Positions 20,945-29,864 of a stretch of DNA of 64,000 bases are shown here, piece by piece. Position 1 is the stretch's first letter. Every line of letters begins with the position of its first letter. Position numbers and translations under genes: made by a program. Below the pieces are notes generated by a model that was not told where the DNA came from, made no database searches, and saw only the letters and a program-made list of their open reading frames with translations. This stretch comes from Candidatus Bipolaricaulia bacterium (GTDB taxonomy: Bacteria; Bipolaricaulota; Bipolaricaulia; RBG-16-55-9), in NCBI GenBank assembly GCA_042219045.1, contig JBDGQO010000013.1, positions 1-64,000 on the forward strand, written 5' to 3'.

Positions 20945-21751
20945 ATGGCGAGAGACATGCGCACTGTGACGATGCTCATCCGTGTCCTAGCTCTGCTTGT
21001 CCTGAGTTCCCTCGTCGTTGCCTGCACGTCGTCGACGCAGTCCGCCGAGAACGGCACGGCGCCCGTCCATGGCTACGAGATCGTCAACGTCTATCCCCAC
21101 GACCCGGGGGCGTTCACGCAGGGGCTCGTCTATCACAAGGGGACGCTCTTCGAGGGGACGGGCATCCGGGGCGAGTCCGACATCCGCGAGGTCGAACTGG
21201 AATCCGGCAACGTCATCCGGAAGCGAGAGATTGACGATCGGTACTTCGGCGAGGGCATCACGCTCTGGCAGGACTCGCTCATTCAACTGACGTGGCAATC
21301 CAACGTCGGTTTCATCTACGAACGAGACTCGTTCGAGCGAGTGGATGAGTTTTCATATCCCACCGAAGGCTGGGGACTGACCCACGACGATGAGCGACTG
21401 ATCATGAGCGACGGATCGTCCTCGCTCTACTTTCTCGATCCAGAGACGTTCCGGCGGACGGACAGCGTTGAGGTCCGAGACGACGGCGAGGGGATCGACC
21501 AACTCAACGAGCTCGAATACGTCGACGGTCAGGTCTACGCCAACGTCTGGCAGACGGATCGCATCGCGATCGTCGATCCCGAAAGCGGGGACGTGGACGC
21601 TTGGATTGACCTCAGCGGGCTGCTGGATCCCGAGGATCGCACGTCGCGCACGGACGTGCTCAACGGCATCGCCTACGACGGGGCGAACGATCGGCTGTTC
21701 GTCACGGGCAAATACTGGCCGAAACTCTTCGAGATCGAACTCGTCCGTTAG
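20945..21751 (+). CDS. Glutaminyl cyclase (glutamine cyclotransferase), lipoprotein
   Basis: Lipobox LVVAC; YPHDPGAFTQGL, FGEG, QLTW, EGWGLT, LNELE, VLNGIA, VTGKYWP. Confidence 0.93.
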   Translation: MARDMRTVTMLIRVLALLVLSSLVVACTSSTQSAENGTAPVHGYEIVNVYPHDPGAFTQGLVYHKGTLFEGTGIRGESDIREVELESGNVIRKREIDDRYFGEGITLWQDSLIQLTWQSNVGFIYERDSFERVDEFSYPTEGWGLTHDDERLIMSDGSSSLYFLDPETFRRTDSVEVRDDGEGIDQLNELEYVDGQVYANVWQTDRIAIVDPESGDVDAWIDLSGLLDPEDRTSRTDVLNGIAYDGANDRLFVTGKYWPKLFEIELVR

Positions 21752-21814
21752 TCGCCCGTCTACCCGTTGCCCAGAGACGCGTCAAGCTCCATCCGACGGC
21801 TCGACGGAACCGAG

Positions 21815-22372
21815 CTAAACGTGCGACAGCTGCTCTTCTTTCTCGTTCATGACCTCGTCGACTTTTTCCGTGAATTCGTGGGTGATGTCGTCGATCTCCT
21901 TGAGCACGCGATGGACGTCGTCCTCGCTCATCTCGCCCTCTTTTTGTTGTTTTTCGAATTTGTCCTTCAGGTCTCGGCGAATGTTGCGGATGGCGACCTT
22001 CGTCTCCTCCGCCTTGTCGTGGACGTGTTTGATGAGCTCCTTGCGGCGCTCTTCGGTCAATTTGGGAATCACGACGCGGATGACGTCCTGATCCGCAGAG
22101 GGGTTCAGCCCGAGGTCGGATTCCACGATGGCCTTTTCGATTTCCTTCATGGCGTTCTTGTCGAACGGCCGCACGAGGAGCATATTCGCGTCCGGGGCGG
22201 TCACGTTCGCGATATGCTGGAGCGGGGTCTGCGTGCCGTAGTAGTCCACATGCAGGTCTTCGATCATGCTCGGGTTGGCCCGGCCCGTCCGCAGCTTCTG
22301 CATCTCGTCCTCGAAGACCTTGAGAGATTTTTGCATGTGCTGGCGCATTTCGTCGATCGTTTCGTCGGCCAT
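21815..22372 (-). CDS. frr: Ribosome recycling factor
   Basis: LRTGRANP, VDYYG, LGLNP, PKLTEERRKEL, VAIRNIRRD. Confidence 0.97.
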   Translation of the reverse strand: MADETIDEMRQHMQKSLKVFEDEMQKLRTGRANPSMIEDLHVDYYGTQTPLQHIANVTAPDANMLLVRPFDKNAMKEIEKAIVESDLGLNPSADQDVIRVVIPKLTEERRKELIKHVHDKAEETKVAIRNIRRDLKDKFEKQQKEGEMSEDDVHRVLKEIDDITHEFTEKVDEVMNEKEEQLSHV

Positions 22373-22509
22373 TGCGCATCACCTCATTGATGGACCAATT
22401 ATAGGCCTCGGCATTCCGTCGCATCAACTGTCGGCTCGCAGCCCAGCGACCACCCAATGGACAGCGTCCGCTTGATCCGCTCGCTGCTGACACCTAGGAT
22501 GAGCGTTCC

Positions 22510-23325
22510 ATGGGACTCTTGACGTTCCTTTCCGACTTCGGCGACCGCAGCCCGTATCCGGCAGCGATGCGCGTCGTCGCGGCCGGAATCGTTCCCGACA
22601 GCGTCCGGATGGTCGACTTGACTCATGAGATCCGTCCGCAGCACGTGGGCGAAGCCGCGTTCGTCCTCGGGAGCCTCGCGCCGGAATCCCCCGACGGCAC
22701 CGTCCACTGTGCCGTCGTCGATCCGGGCGTCGGCACCGACCGGGCCGGCTTGGTCATCGCCACCGACCGGCAGACGTTCGTCGGCCCCGACAACGGCCTG
22801 CTCGATCCAGCAGCGAAGAGCGTTGGCCCCGTTCGAGCCGTCCACGAGATCGACTTGACGCGAACGAGCTATCTGCGACCGCCCATTTCGTCAACCTTCC
22901 ACGGCCGGGACGTCTTCGCACCCGCGGCTGCCCATCTTGCGTCGGGCGTTGCCCTGGGAGCCATTGGCCCTCGGGTCGACACGTGGCAGGGCCTCGACAC
23001 GGACTTCACGGGCGGAGCTTACGCCCCCGACCGCGACGCGTTCGAGGCGCAAGTCGTCTACGTGGACGGCTTCGGCAACCTGATCACCAATCTCCCCACC
23101 CGCGAGTTCGAGGAGCACGCTGAGGCCGGGGAACAGCTCGTTCTACAGATCAACGGCGAGGAACACCGCATCGAGCGCGTTCCGAGCTTCGCGTTCGTCG
23201 AGCGGGGCGATCTCTGCCTCGTGGGCGGCAGCCATGCCCGGATTGAGGTGTCGGTTCGCGAGGGAAGCGCGGGGGCCGAGCTGGGCTCGGACATCGGCAC
23301 GGATCTCGTCGTGAAACGACCATGA
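22510..23325 (+). CDS. SAM hydroxide adenosyltransferase (DUF62, chlorinase/fluorinase family)
   Basis: LSDFG, VVDPGVGT, VGPDNG, STFHGRDVFAPAAAHL, YVDGFGNLITN. Confidence 0.92.
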   Translation: MGLLTFLSDFGDRSPYPAAMRVVAAGIVPDSVRMVDLTHEIRPQHVGEAAFVLGSLAPESPDGTVHCAVVDPGVGTDRAGLVIATDRQTFVGPDNGLLDPAAKSVGPVRAVHEIDLTRTSYLRPPISSTFHGRDVFAPAAAHLASGVALGAIGPRVDTWQGLDTDFTGGAYAPDRDAFEAQVVYVDGFGNLITNLPTREFEEHAEAGEQLVLQINGEEHRIERVPSFAFVERGDLCLVGGSHARIEVSVREGSAGAELGSDIGTDLVVKRP

Positions 23326-24776
23326 ATGGCGACTCCGGCTGGACCATCGACATCGACCGAGTCTACGAACAGCATCCCTTTGCGAAAACCATTCTGGAAA
23401 AGCTCGACGAGGCCGGCCATGAAGCCGTCCTCGTCGGCGGCGTCGTGCGCGATGGGCTGCGTGCCCAGCTGGAGCCCGATTACGCCTTCCGGCCCCACGA
23501 GGTCGACATCGCCACGTCGGCCCATACCGAGGAAATTGAGGGAATCTTTGACGGCTACAAGGTCCTGAACGTCGGCAAGGAGTTCGGCGTCCAGGTCATC
23601 GTCAGCCCGGACGGGGAACCCTACGAGGTCGCCACCTATCGCGTCGAGGACGAATACGACGGCCGTTGGCCCGGTCGCGTTGAGCTGGTCCGCGATCTGA
23701 AGCGGGATCTGGCTCGGCGGGATTTCACCATCAACGGACTCGCCGCACGCGCCGACGGCACCGTCGTCGACTGGGTCGGCGGCATCGAGGACCTCCGGGC
23801 GCGCACCGTTCGGCCCATCGGCGACGCCGACGCGCGCATTCGGGAGGACTACCTCCGCATGCTGCGCGCCGTTCGCTTCGCCTGCGTCGTCGACGCCGCG
23901 CTGACGCTTGACACGCGCGAGGCGATTCGAGCCCATGCCGATCGCATGGCGACGATCTCCTGGGAGCGGATCCGCGACGAGCTGATCGCCCTGCTGCGCA
24001 CCCCGCGTTCCCGATATGGGCTTGACCTGATGGAGGAGTTGGGGCTACTCGGCGAGATTCTGCCTGAGCTCGCCCACTGTCGGGAGGTGCCCCAACCCGA
24101 GGTCTACCACCCCGAGGGCGACGTCTACGTCCACACGCTGCTCGCCCTGGAGATCGCGGATCGGGCCACATCCGATCCGATCCTCAAGCTGGCGGTGCTG
24201 CTCCATGACATCGGCAAGCCGGAGGCGCTGCGCCGCAACCGGGGCGAGAACATGGCCGGCCACGACGAGATCGGTGCTCACATGGCACGGGACGCTTGCG
24301 AACGGCTGCGACTCAGCAACGCGGTGACCGACCGGATTGTCAACTGGGTGGCGGAGCACCAGCGCATCGGGCATTTTCCCGACATGGGCCGAGGCAAGCA
24401 GGTCAAGCTGCTCAAAACCGTGGAGGAAGCCGATGTCCCCATTGCCCATCCCCTGGAACGCTATCCGCGCTTTGCCGGGTTGCTGCGCCTCATGATCGTC
24501 GATTGCCAAGCGAGCGCCATGAAGTCCGGAGGCTGGCTGCCCGTTCTGGCAACCTTCGCCCGACTGCTATTGCATATGGAGGCCCTCGACCGACGGATGC
24601 GCGCGCGCAAGCTGATCGACGGGCACGATCTGATCGAAATCGGCATGGAGCCGGGCCCGCAGATCGGCGCCGTTCTGGAGATGCTTTACGAGAAGATCTA
24701 TGCGGGCGAACTGATCAGCCGGGAAGCGGCGTTGGGTGAGGCAAAGCGGCTCATGCGCAAACATGCCGGCGAATGA
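23322..24776 (+). CDS. cca: Class II tRNA nucleotidyltransferase (CCA-adding) with HD domain
   Basis: VGGVVRD, DLARRDFTINGL, REDYLRMLRAVRF, ERIRDEL, HPEGDVYVHT, LLHDIGKP. Confidence 0.9.
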   Translation: MNGDSGWTIDIDRVYEQHPFAKTILEKLDEAGHEAVLVGGVVRDGLRAQLEPDYAFRPHEVDIATSAHTEEIEGIFDGYKVLNVGKEFGVQVIVSPDGEPYEVATYRVEDEYDGRWPGRVELVRDLKRDLARRDFTINGLAARADGTVVDWVGGIEDLRARTVRPIGDADARIREDYLRMLRAVRFACVVDAALTLDTREAIRAHADRMATISWERIRDELIALLRTPRSRYGLDLMEELGLLGEILPELAHCREVPQPEVYHPEGDVYVHTLLALEIADRATSDPILKLAVLLHDIGKPEALRRNRGENMAGHDEIGAHMARDACERLRLSNAVTDRIVNWVAEHQRIGHFPDMGRGKQVKLLKTVEEADVPIAHPLERYPRFAGLLRLMIVDCQASAMKSGGWLPVLATFARLLLHMEALDRRMRARKLIDGHDLIEIGMEPGPQIGAVLEMLYEKIYAGELISREAALGEAKRLMRKHAGE

Positions 24777-24908
24777 GTGTGTGACGCGTCACAGATGGGA
24801 CGAGCTGCGTCTGCCACCATCACCATGGTATCACCTCCTTGGGCTTGGCCCACGCGCCCGGATCGGGCTTCTGGAGCCAAGTGGTTGCTAAACCCTCTCA
24901 CCTCCACC

Positions 24909-24941
24909 GGCGGTCGTCCCTGCGGCGGCCGCCTTTTCTTT
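24909..24941 (+). terminator. Rho-independent terminator
   Basis: GGCGGTCGTC-CCTGC-GGCGGCCGCC stem followed by TTTTCTTT. Confidence 0.75.
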
Positions 24942-25014
24942 CCCGATTTCCCAGAGCCTCGACGACCTGGGATTGGTCGTCGCCTTCGTTGTGCGGGGGC
25001 TCTGCGCCTCGGCC

Positions 25015-26772
25015 TCACGCGTCGAGGAGATAGATCGATTCGGCGTAGTAGCGGATCTTTCCCTGGCGATTCTTCTCCAAGAGCTGCTCGTGGAGCCAGC
25101 GGTTCTTTTCGTGCAACGGCGCCTCGCGGGTAAGCGGGTCGATCTCGATGTCGGCGTGCAGCACGCGCTCGGGGATGATGAAGCGGGTGATGCCCGCTGG
25201 GAAGCGCCGCCCGGCTTGGGCCGCCTGTAGCACCTGAGAGACGGTGTATTCGGGGAAGACCACCACCGCCGCCATGTCCGGATACTGATGGGCCAAACGG
25301 ATTCGATCGCTCTCCAGGGTGCGCGAGACCGTGGTCTGCTCGATGTAGGCCTGCGTCAGCTCGTTGAGGGCCTCGATCCAGTCCGCGCCGGGCTTGGGGT
25401 CGACCGCGTAGCGATCGCCATCGACGGACTCCACGATGCACAGCCCGCCGTAGGCGAGCAGCTCCCTCGGCGTCGCGTCCGGGTCGTCGGACGGCGGTGG
25501 CTCGATCTTCGTCTGCTTCAGGTCGCTTAGCTCATCGATCAGCTCGGTCGGCTCCACGTTCTGGATGACGTGATGCCAGGTGCCGAGCTCCAAACCCGCG
25601 TCCGGCGAGGTCACCTGAACGACGATGTCCCGGAAGCCGAGCTCTTGGAACGCCGCCACGCGCGTCGCCCCGTCCAGGACGATGTTGCCGTGCTCGGCCT
25701 CGGCCACGACTGGCGGGTTGCGCAGCACGCGATCCTCTTGGAGGCGCTTGGCCATGCGATCGACCCGCCTCGGGTCAACGTGCTCGTGGGGATGGACTTC
25801 GGCTAGCGGCACCACCTGTAGAGGGAGGATGCCTTGGGGCTCCATGCTGCCGAGCCGGTCGATGATCGCTTCGGCGACGGTGGTGGCGGCAGCCCGTTGG
25901 GCGTCCTCCGTGCTGGCGGCGATATGGGGCGTGGCGATGACCCGCTCGTGCTGGACCAAGGCACTGTCGGTGGGCGGCTCCTCGTTGAAGACGTCGAGCG
26001 CCGCGCCGGCGATCTCATCGGTGTTGAGAGCTTCCAGCAGCGCGTTTTCGTCGACGACGCCGCCTCGGGCGGTGTTGATCAGATAGGCGGTCGACTTCAT
26101 GCGGGCGAGTTCCTCGGCCCCGATGAGGCCGCGCGTTTCGTCGTTGAGCGGCACGTGGATGGAGACGAAGTCAGAATGCTCCAACAGTGCCGTCAGGTCA
26201 ACCGGCTCGATGTTGGCCTCGAGGTCGAGCTCGGGCGTCGCGCGACGCTGGTTGGCCACCACCCGCATCCCGAACGCCTCGGCACGGATGGCGACTTGGC
26301 GACCGATGCGGCCGAAACCGACGATGCCGAGGGTCTTGCCGGCCAGCCCTGCCCCCAACAGTTGCTTCTTCGCCCACTTGCCGGATTTGAGGCTGACGTC
26401 CGCCCGAGGCAGCCGTCGGGCAACCGCGAGCATCAGCCCCATGGCATGTTCGGCGACGGCCAGCGTGTTGGCGTCGGGACTGTTGACGACGTCGATGCCG
26501 TGGTCCTTGGCAGCGGCGACGTCGATGTTGTCCAAGCCCGCCCCGGCCCGCGCGATCACCTTCAAGTTGAGCCCGTGCTCGATGACGTCTCGGGTCACTT
26601 GGGTGCCGCTGCGCACGATGATCGCCTCGTAGTCGGGAATGACGGTCAGCAGTTCGTCGTCGGACAGTCCGGTCTGAACGTCGACGTCCGTGTGCTCGCG
26701 CAACATCTCGACGCCGGCGTCGTCAATCGGATCGCAGATTAGCACCCGGGGATGCCGGGACTCCGAACTCAT
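25015..26772 (-). CDS. serA: D-3-phosphoglycerate dehydrogenase fused to an SbnI/SerK-like (ParB/Srx fold) serine kinase domain
   Basis: ATG 26772 with RBS AAAGGAGG; RAGAGLDNID, GFGRIG, INTARGG, LDVFNEEP, TPHIAAST; C-terminal ~270 aa with HPHE, NPPVV, VLDGATR, TWHH, PAGITRF, RYYAESIYLLD. Confidence 0.9.
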   Translation of the reverse strand: MSSESRHPRVLICDPIDDAGVEMLREHTDVDVQTGLSDDELLTVIPDYEAIIVRSGTQVTRDVIEHGLNLKVIARAGAGLDNIDVAAAKDHGIDVVNSPDANTLAVAEHAMGLMLAVARRLPRADVSLKSGKWAKKQLLGAGLAGKTLGIVGFGRIGRQVAIRAEAFGMRVVANQRRATPELDLEANIEPVDLTALLEHSDFVSIHVPLNDETRGLIGAEELARMKSTAYLINTARGGVVDENALLEALNTDEIAGAALDVFNEEPPTDSALVQHERVIATPHIAASTEDAQRAAATTVAEAIIDRLGSMEPQGILPLQVVPLAEVHPHEHVDPRRVDRMAKRLQEDRVLRNPPVVAEAEHGNIVLDGATRVAAFQELGFRDIVVQVTSPDAGLELGTWHHVIQNVEPTELIDELSDLKQTKIEPPPSDDPDATPRELLAYGGLCIVESVDGDRYAVDPKPGADWIEALNELTQAYIEQTTVSRTLESDRIRLAHQYPDMAAVVVFPEYTVSQVLQAAQAGRRFPAGITRFIIPERVLHADIEIDPLTREAPLHEKNRWLHEQLLEKNRQGKIRYYAESIYLLDA

Positions 26773-26827
26773 CTCTTCCTCCTTTCCATCCTTTCCATCG
26801 ATCGAACGATGGCGAGCGTCGAGTCGA

Positions 26828-27916
26828 TCAGCCCCATCTCGCCTGGAAATCGGACATGAACGCCACCAGCGCCTGGACAGACTCCCAGGGCACGGCGTTG
26901 TAGAGCGAAGCGCGAACGCCACCGACCGAGCGATACCCCTTGAGGCCGATCAGGCCCGCCTGGGCGCTCTCCTCGAGGAAACGGGCCTCGAGGTCCGTGG
27001 AGGGGAGTCGGAACGTGACGTTCATGCGGGACCGACTCTCGGGCTGGGCGTGCCCTTGGTAGAAGCCCTCGGAGCTGTCGATGGCGTCGTAAAGCAACTC
27101 GGCTTTGCGCCGATTGCGCTCGGCTTGCGCGGTCAGGCCGCCCCGCTCAGCCAAATCTCGAGCGACCAAGCCGACGACGCGGATGGGAAAGACCGGCGGC
27201 GTGTTCAGCATGGAGTTTTTCTCGTGGAGCGTCGCGTAGCTGAGCATGTCCGGCAGCGTCGCCGGGACGCGCGCCAACAGCGACGTCCGCACCAGCACGA
27301 TCGTCACGCCGGCCGGTCCCGCGTTCTTCTGGGCGCTGGCATAGATCAGATTGAACGGCGAAGGGTCCAGCGGTCGACTCAGAAAATCCGACGTCATGTC
27401 GGCGATCAGCGGGACATTAGCGGGTCGGGCATAAGTGGAGAACTGCGTGCCGGCGGTCGTATTGTTGGTCGTGATATGGACATAGGCGGCATCGGAGCTG
27501 GGCGGGAGCCCGCCCAAGTCGGGCACCCGGTCGTGGCCCGTGTCGGCGCTGGACCAGAGCTCGCGGGCCGTGCCGACCGTCTGGGCTTGGCTCAGCGCGG
27601 TCTCGCTCCACTTGCCCGTGACGACGTGCTCCGCGACGCCGTCCTCGGACAGCAGGTTCATCGGCGCGAGCGCGAACTGCGTCCGAGCGCCGCCGCCCAT
27701 GAAGAGAATGGACCAGTCCTCGCCCAGGTCGAGAAGCGAGCGCAGGTGGGCGATCGCCTCGTTGTGGACCCGCTCGTATGCGTCGCTGCGGTGGCTGATC
27801 TCGAGGATGGACACGCCGGTTCCGTCGAAGTCACTGAGATCCTGCTGGGCTTGCTCGAGCACCGGTCGGGGCAGCGCCGCCGGGCCAGGATAGAAGTTGT
27901 GAACGTGGGTTGTCAT
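26828..27916 (-). CDS. serC: Phosphoserine aminotransferase
   Basis: NFYPGPAALP, EISHRS, ADMTSD, PLP lysine in ASAQKNAGPAG, NTPP, RSVGGVRASLYNA; RBS GGAGGT. Confidence 0.96.
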   Translation of the reverse strand: MTTHVHNFYPGPAALPRPVLEQAQQDLSDFDGTGVSILEISHRSDAYERVHNEAIAHLRSLLDLGEDWSILFMGGGARTQFALAPMNLLSEDGVAEHVVTGKWSETALSQAQTVGTARELWSSADTGHDRVPDLGGLPPSSDAAYVHITTNNTTAGTQFSTYARPANVPLIADMTSDFLSRPLDPSPFNLIYASAQKNAGPAGVTIVLVRTSLLARVPATLPDMLSYATLHEKNSMLNTPPVFPIRVVGLVARDLAERGGLTAQAERNRRKAELLYDAIDSSEGFYQGHAQPESRSRMNVTFRLPSTDLEARFLEESAQAGLIGLKGYRSVGGVRASLYNAVPWESVQALVAFMSDFQARWG

Positions 27917-28296
27917 GGGAGACCTCCGAACTTGTCCCGGATCGTCTGAACACGTAAGCCGAACGCGATCGAGTAAGATCGACCGTTTTTCTGGTAAAAC
28001 TGTCGCAATGTGTCACCCCCAAATAGCACGGCCGCCCACTCGCCGTCGTCGAACGGCCCTGCTCGGGTCGTCGATCCCGACACTGTAGCACAGGTCATCC
28101 ATCGATGGGGGCGAATCCCCTTCTTCTGCGACGCGTCTCCCTTGACGCGGTGTCACGATCACGACTCGATAACCGTCGCTGACGGCATTTATTTCCCGAC
28201 AAATCGCCCCTTCGGCGGATGAATGTTGTTTTGGCGGTCAATCAAGATCATTTATTCAATTATCGACGCCATCGACAATTGAGGCGTATATGGATC

Positions 28297-28325
28297 TTGA
28301 TCGTCCAAAATATCTATGGTAAGAT
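28297..28325 (+). promoter_or_regulatory. sigma70-type promoter of glyA
   Basis: TTGATC, 17 nt, TAAGAT with an extended -10 TG. Confidence 0.55.
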
Positions 28326-28421
28326 TCGCCTTCAAATCGTGGGCATGGGACGGATCGTCGGTCATCATGGAGTCCCGAGCGATCCGGAAACGGCTTGCCA
28401 ACGGTGGAAGGAGGGTCCGTC

Positions 28422-29711
28422 GTGTTCCGCGCGAACATGGAAGTGGCCGGCTTCGACGACGAGCTTGCGGAAGCGCTGGAGGGCGAGCGAGGTCGCCAGG
28501 AGACGCACATCGAGCTGATCGCCTCGGAGAACTATGCCAGCCCGCGCGTGCTGGAGGCCCAAGGGACCGTTCTCACCAACAAGTACGCCGAAGGGTATCC
28601 GGGCAAGCGCTACTACGGCGGCTGCGAGCACGTCGATGTGGCGGAACAGCTCGCCATCGACCGGGCCAAGGAGCTCTTCGGGGCCGACTACGCCAACGTC
28701 CAGCCGCATTCGGGGTCACAGGCCAATGCGGCGGTCTACTTCGCCCTGGCGGCGCCGGGCGAGACGATCCTCGGCATGAGCCTCGACCACGGCGGGCACC
28801 TCACGCACGGCGCAAAGCCCAACTTCTCCGGCAAGTTCTACAACGCGGTTCAGTATGGCCTCGACCCGGACACGGGCGAGATTGACTACGACCAAGTCGA
28901 GCGGTTGGCACACGACCATCAACCGTCGATCGTTATTGCGGGATTCTCGGCGTACTCGCGCATCGTCGATTGGGCGAGCTTCCGCGAGATCGCCGATGCT
29001 GTCGGGGCCTACCTCGTCGTCGACATGGCCCACGTGGCCGGATTGATCGCGGCCGGCGTCTATCCCAATCCGATTCCGCATGCCGACGTCGTCACGACGA
29101 CGACGCACAAGACGCTGCGCGGACCGCGCGGCGGCTTGATCCTGGCTCGGGAGAACCCGGAGATCACGAAGAAGCTCCAGTCGCTCGTCTTCCCCGGCAC
29201 CCAGGGCGGGCCGCTGATGCACGTCATCGCCGCCAAGGCCGTCGCGCTCAAGGAGGCGCTCCAGCCGGAATTCGTCGATTACCAGAAGCAAGTGGTGGCC
29301 AACGCCAGCGCGATGGCCGAGACCGTCATGGAGCGCGGCTACAACGTCGTGAGTGGCGGCACAGACGACCAACTCTTTCTGATCGACCTGATCGACAGCG
29401 GAGTCACGGGCAAGGCGGCCGATGCGGCGCTCGAACGCGCTCACATCACCGTCAACAAGAACGCTGTGCCCGGCGACCCGCAGCCGCCCTCGATTTCATC
29501 GGGACTGCGCATCGGAACGCCGGCGATCACCACGCGCGGCTTCCGGGAGGCCGAGAGCCGCGAGCTGGCCCACTGGATGTGCGATATCCTTGACGATGTC
29601 GAGGACGAGGCGACGATCGAGCGTGTCCGGTCTCAAGTGACCGATCTCTGTCGTCGCTTTCCGGTCTATGAGATGGCACAGCCGCAAGTATCGGAAAGCG
29701 TCGCCACCTAG
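28422..29711 (+). CDS. glyA: Serine hydroxymethyltransferase
   Basis: GTG 28422 after [55 protein letters not shown]. Confidence 0.98.
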   Translation: MFRANMEVAGFDDELAEALEGERGRQETHIELIASENYASPRVLEAQGTVLTNKYAEGYPGKRYYGGCEHVDVAEQLAIDRAKELFGADYANVQPHSGSQANAAVYFALAAPGETILGMSLDHGGHLTHGAKPNFSGKFYNAVQYGLDPDTGEIDYDQVERLAHDHQPSIVIAGFSAYSRIVDWASFREIADAVGAYLVVDMAHVAGLIAAGVYPNPIPHADVVTTTTHKTLRGPRGGLILARENPEITKKLQSLVFPGTQGGPLMHVIAAKAVALKEALQPEFVDYQKQVVANASAMAETVMERGYNVVSGGTDDQLFLIDLIDSGVTGKAADAALERAHITVNKNAVPGDPQPPSISSGLRIGTPAITTRGFREAESRELAHWMCDILDDVEDEATIERVRSQVTDLCRRFPVYEMAQPQVSESVAT

Positions 29712-29864
29712 GCTTTGGCGCATCCGTGAGCTATCTGAAGCATCGTGAGAGGCGCTATCGTGGCGTCGTTACCAGCGGGGTCGCCCGAACTCCAATGGGG
29801 CGCGTCCCTCGAGCGACCCACTAGGAACGCTTTCGGAGCTCAATCTCACTAAGGGGGGATTCAG

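Noticed and set aside
24780..24793. CRP/FNR site
   Set aside because: TGTGA-N4-TCACA has a 4-nt rather than 6-nt spacer and lies between convergent genes
24830..24840. 16S rRNA 3' end (ATCACCTCCTT)
   Set aside because: No other rRNA sequence flanks it; treated as an anti-SD/SD motif instead
27917..28421. Glycine, ZTP or THF riboswitch in the serC/glyA spacer
   Set aside because: No consensus aptamer motifs recognised on either strand by eye; an Infernal scan would settle it
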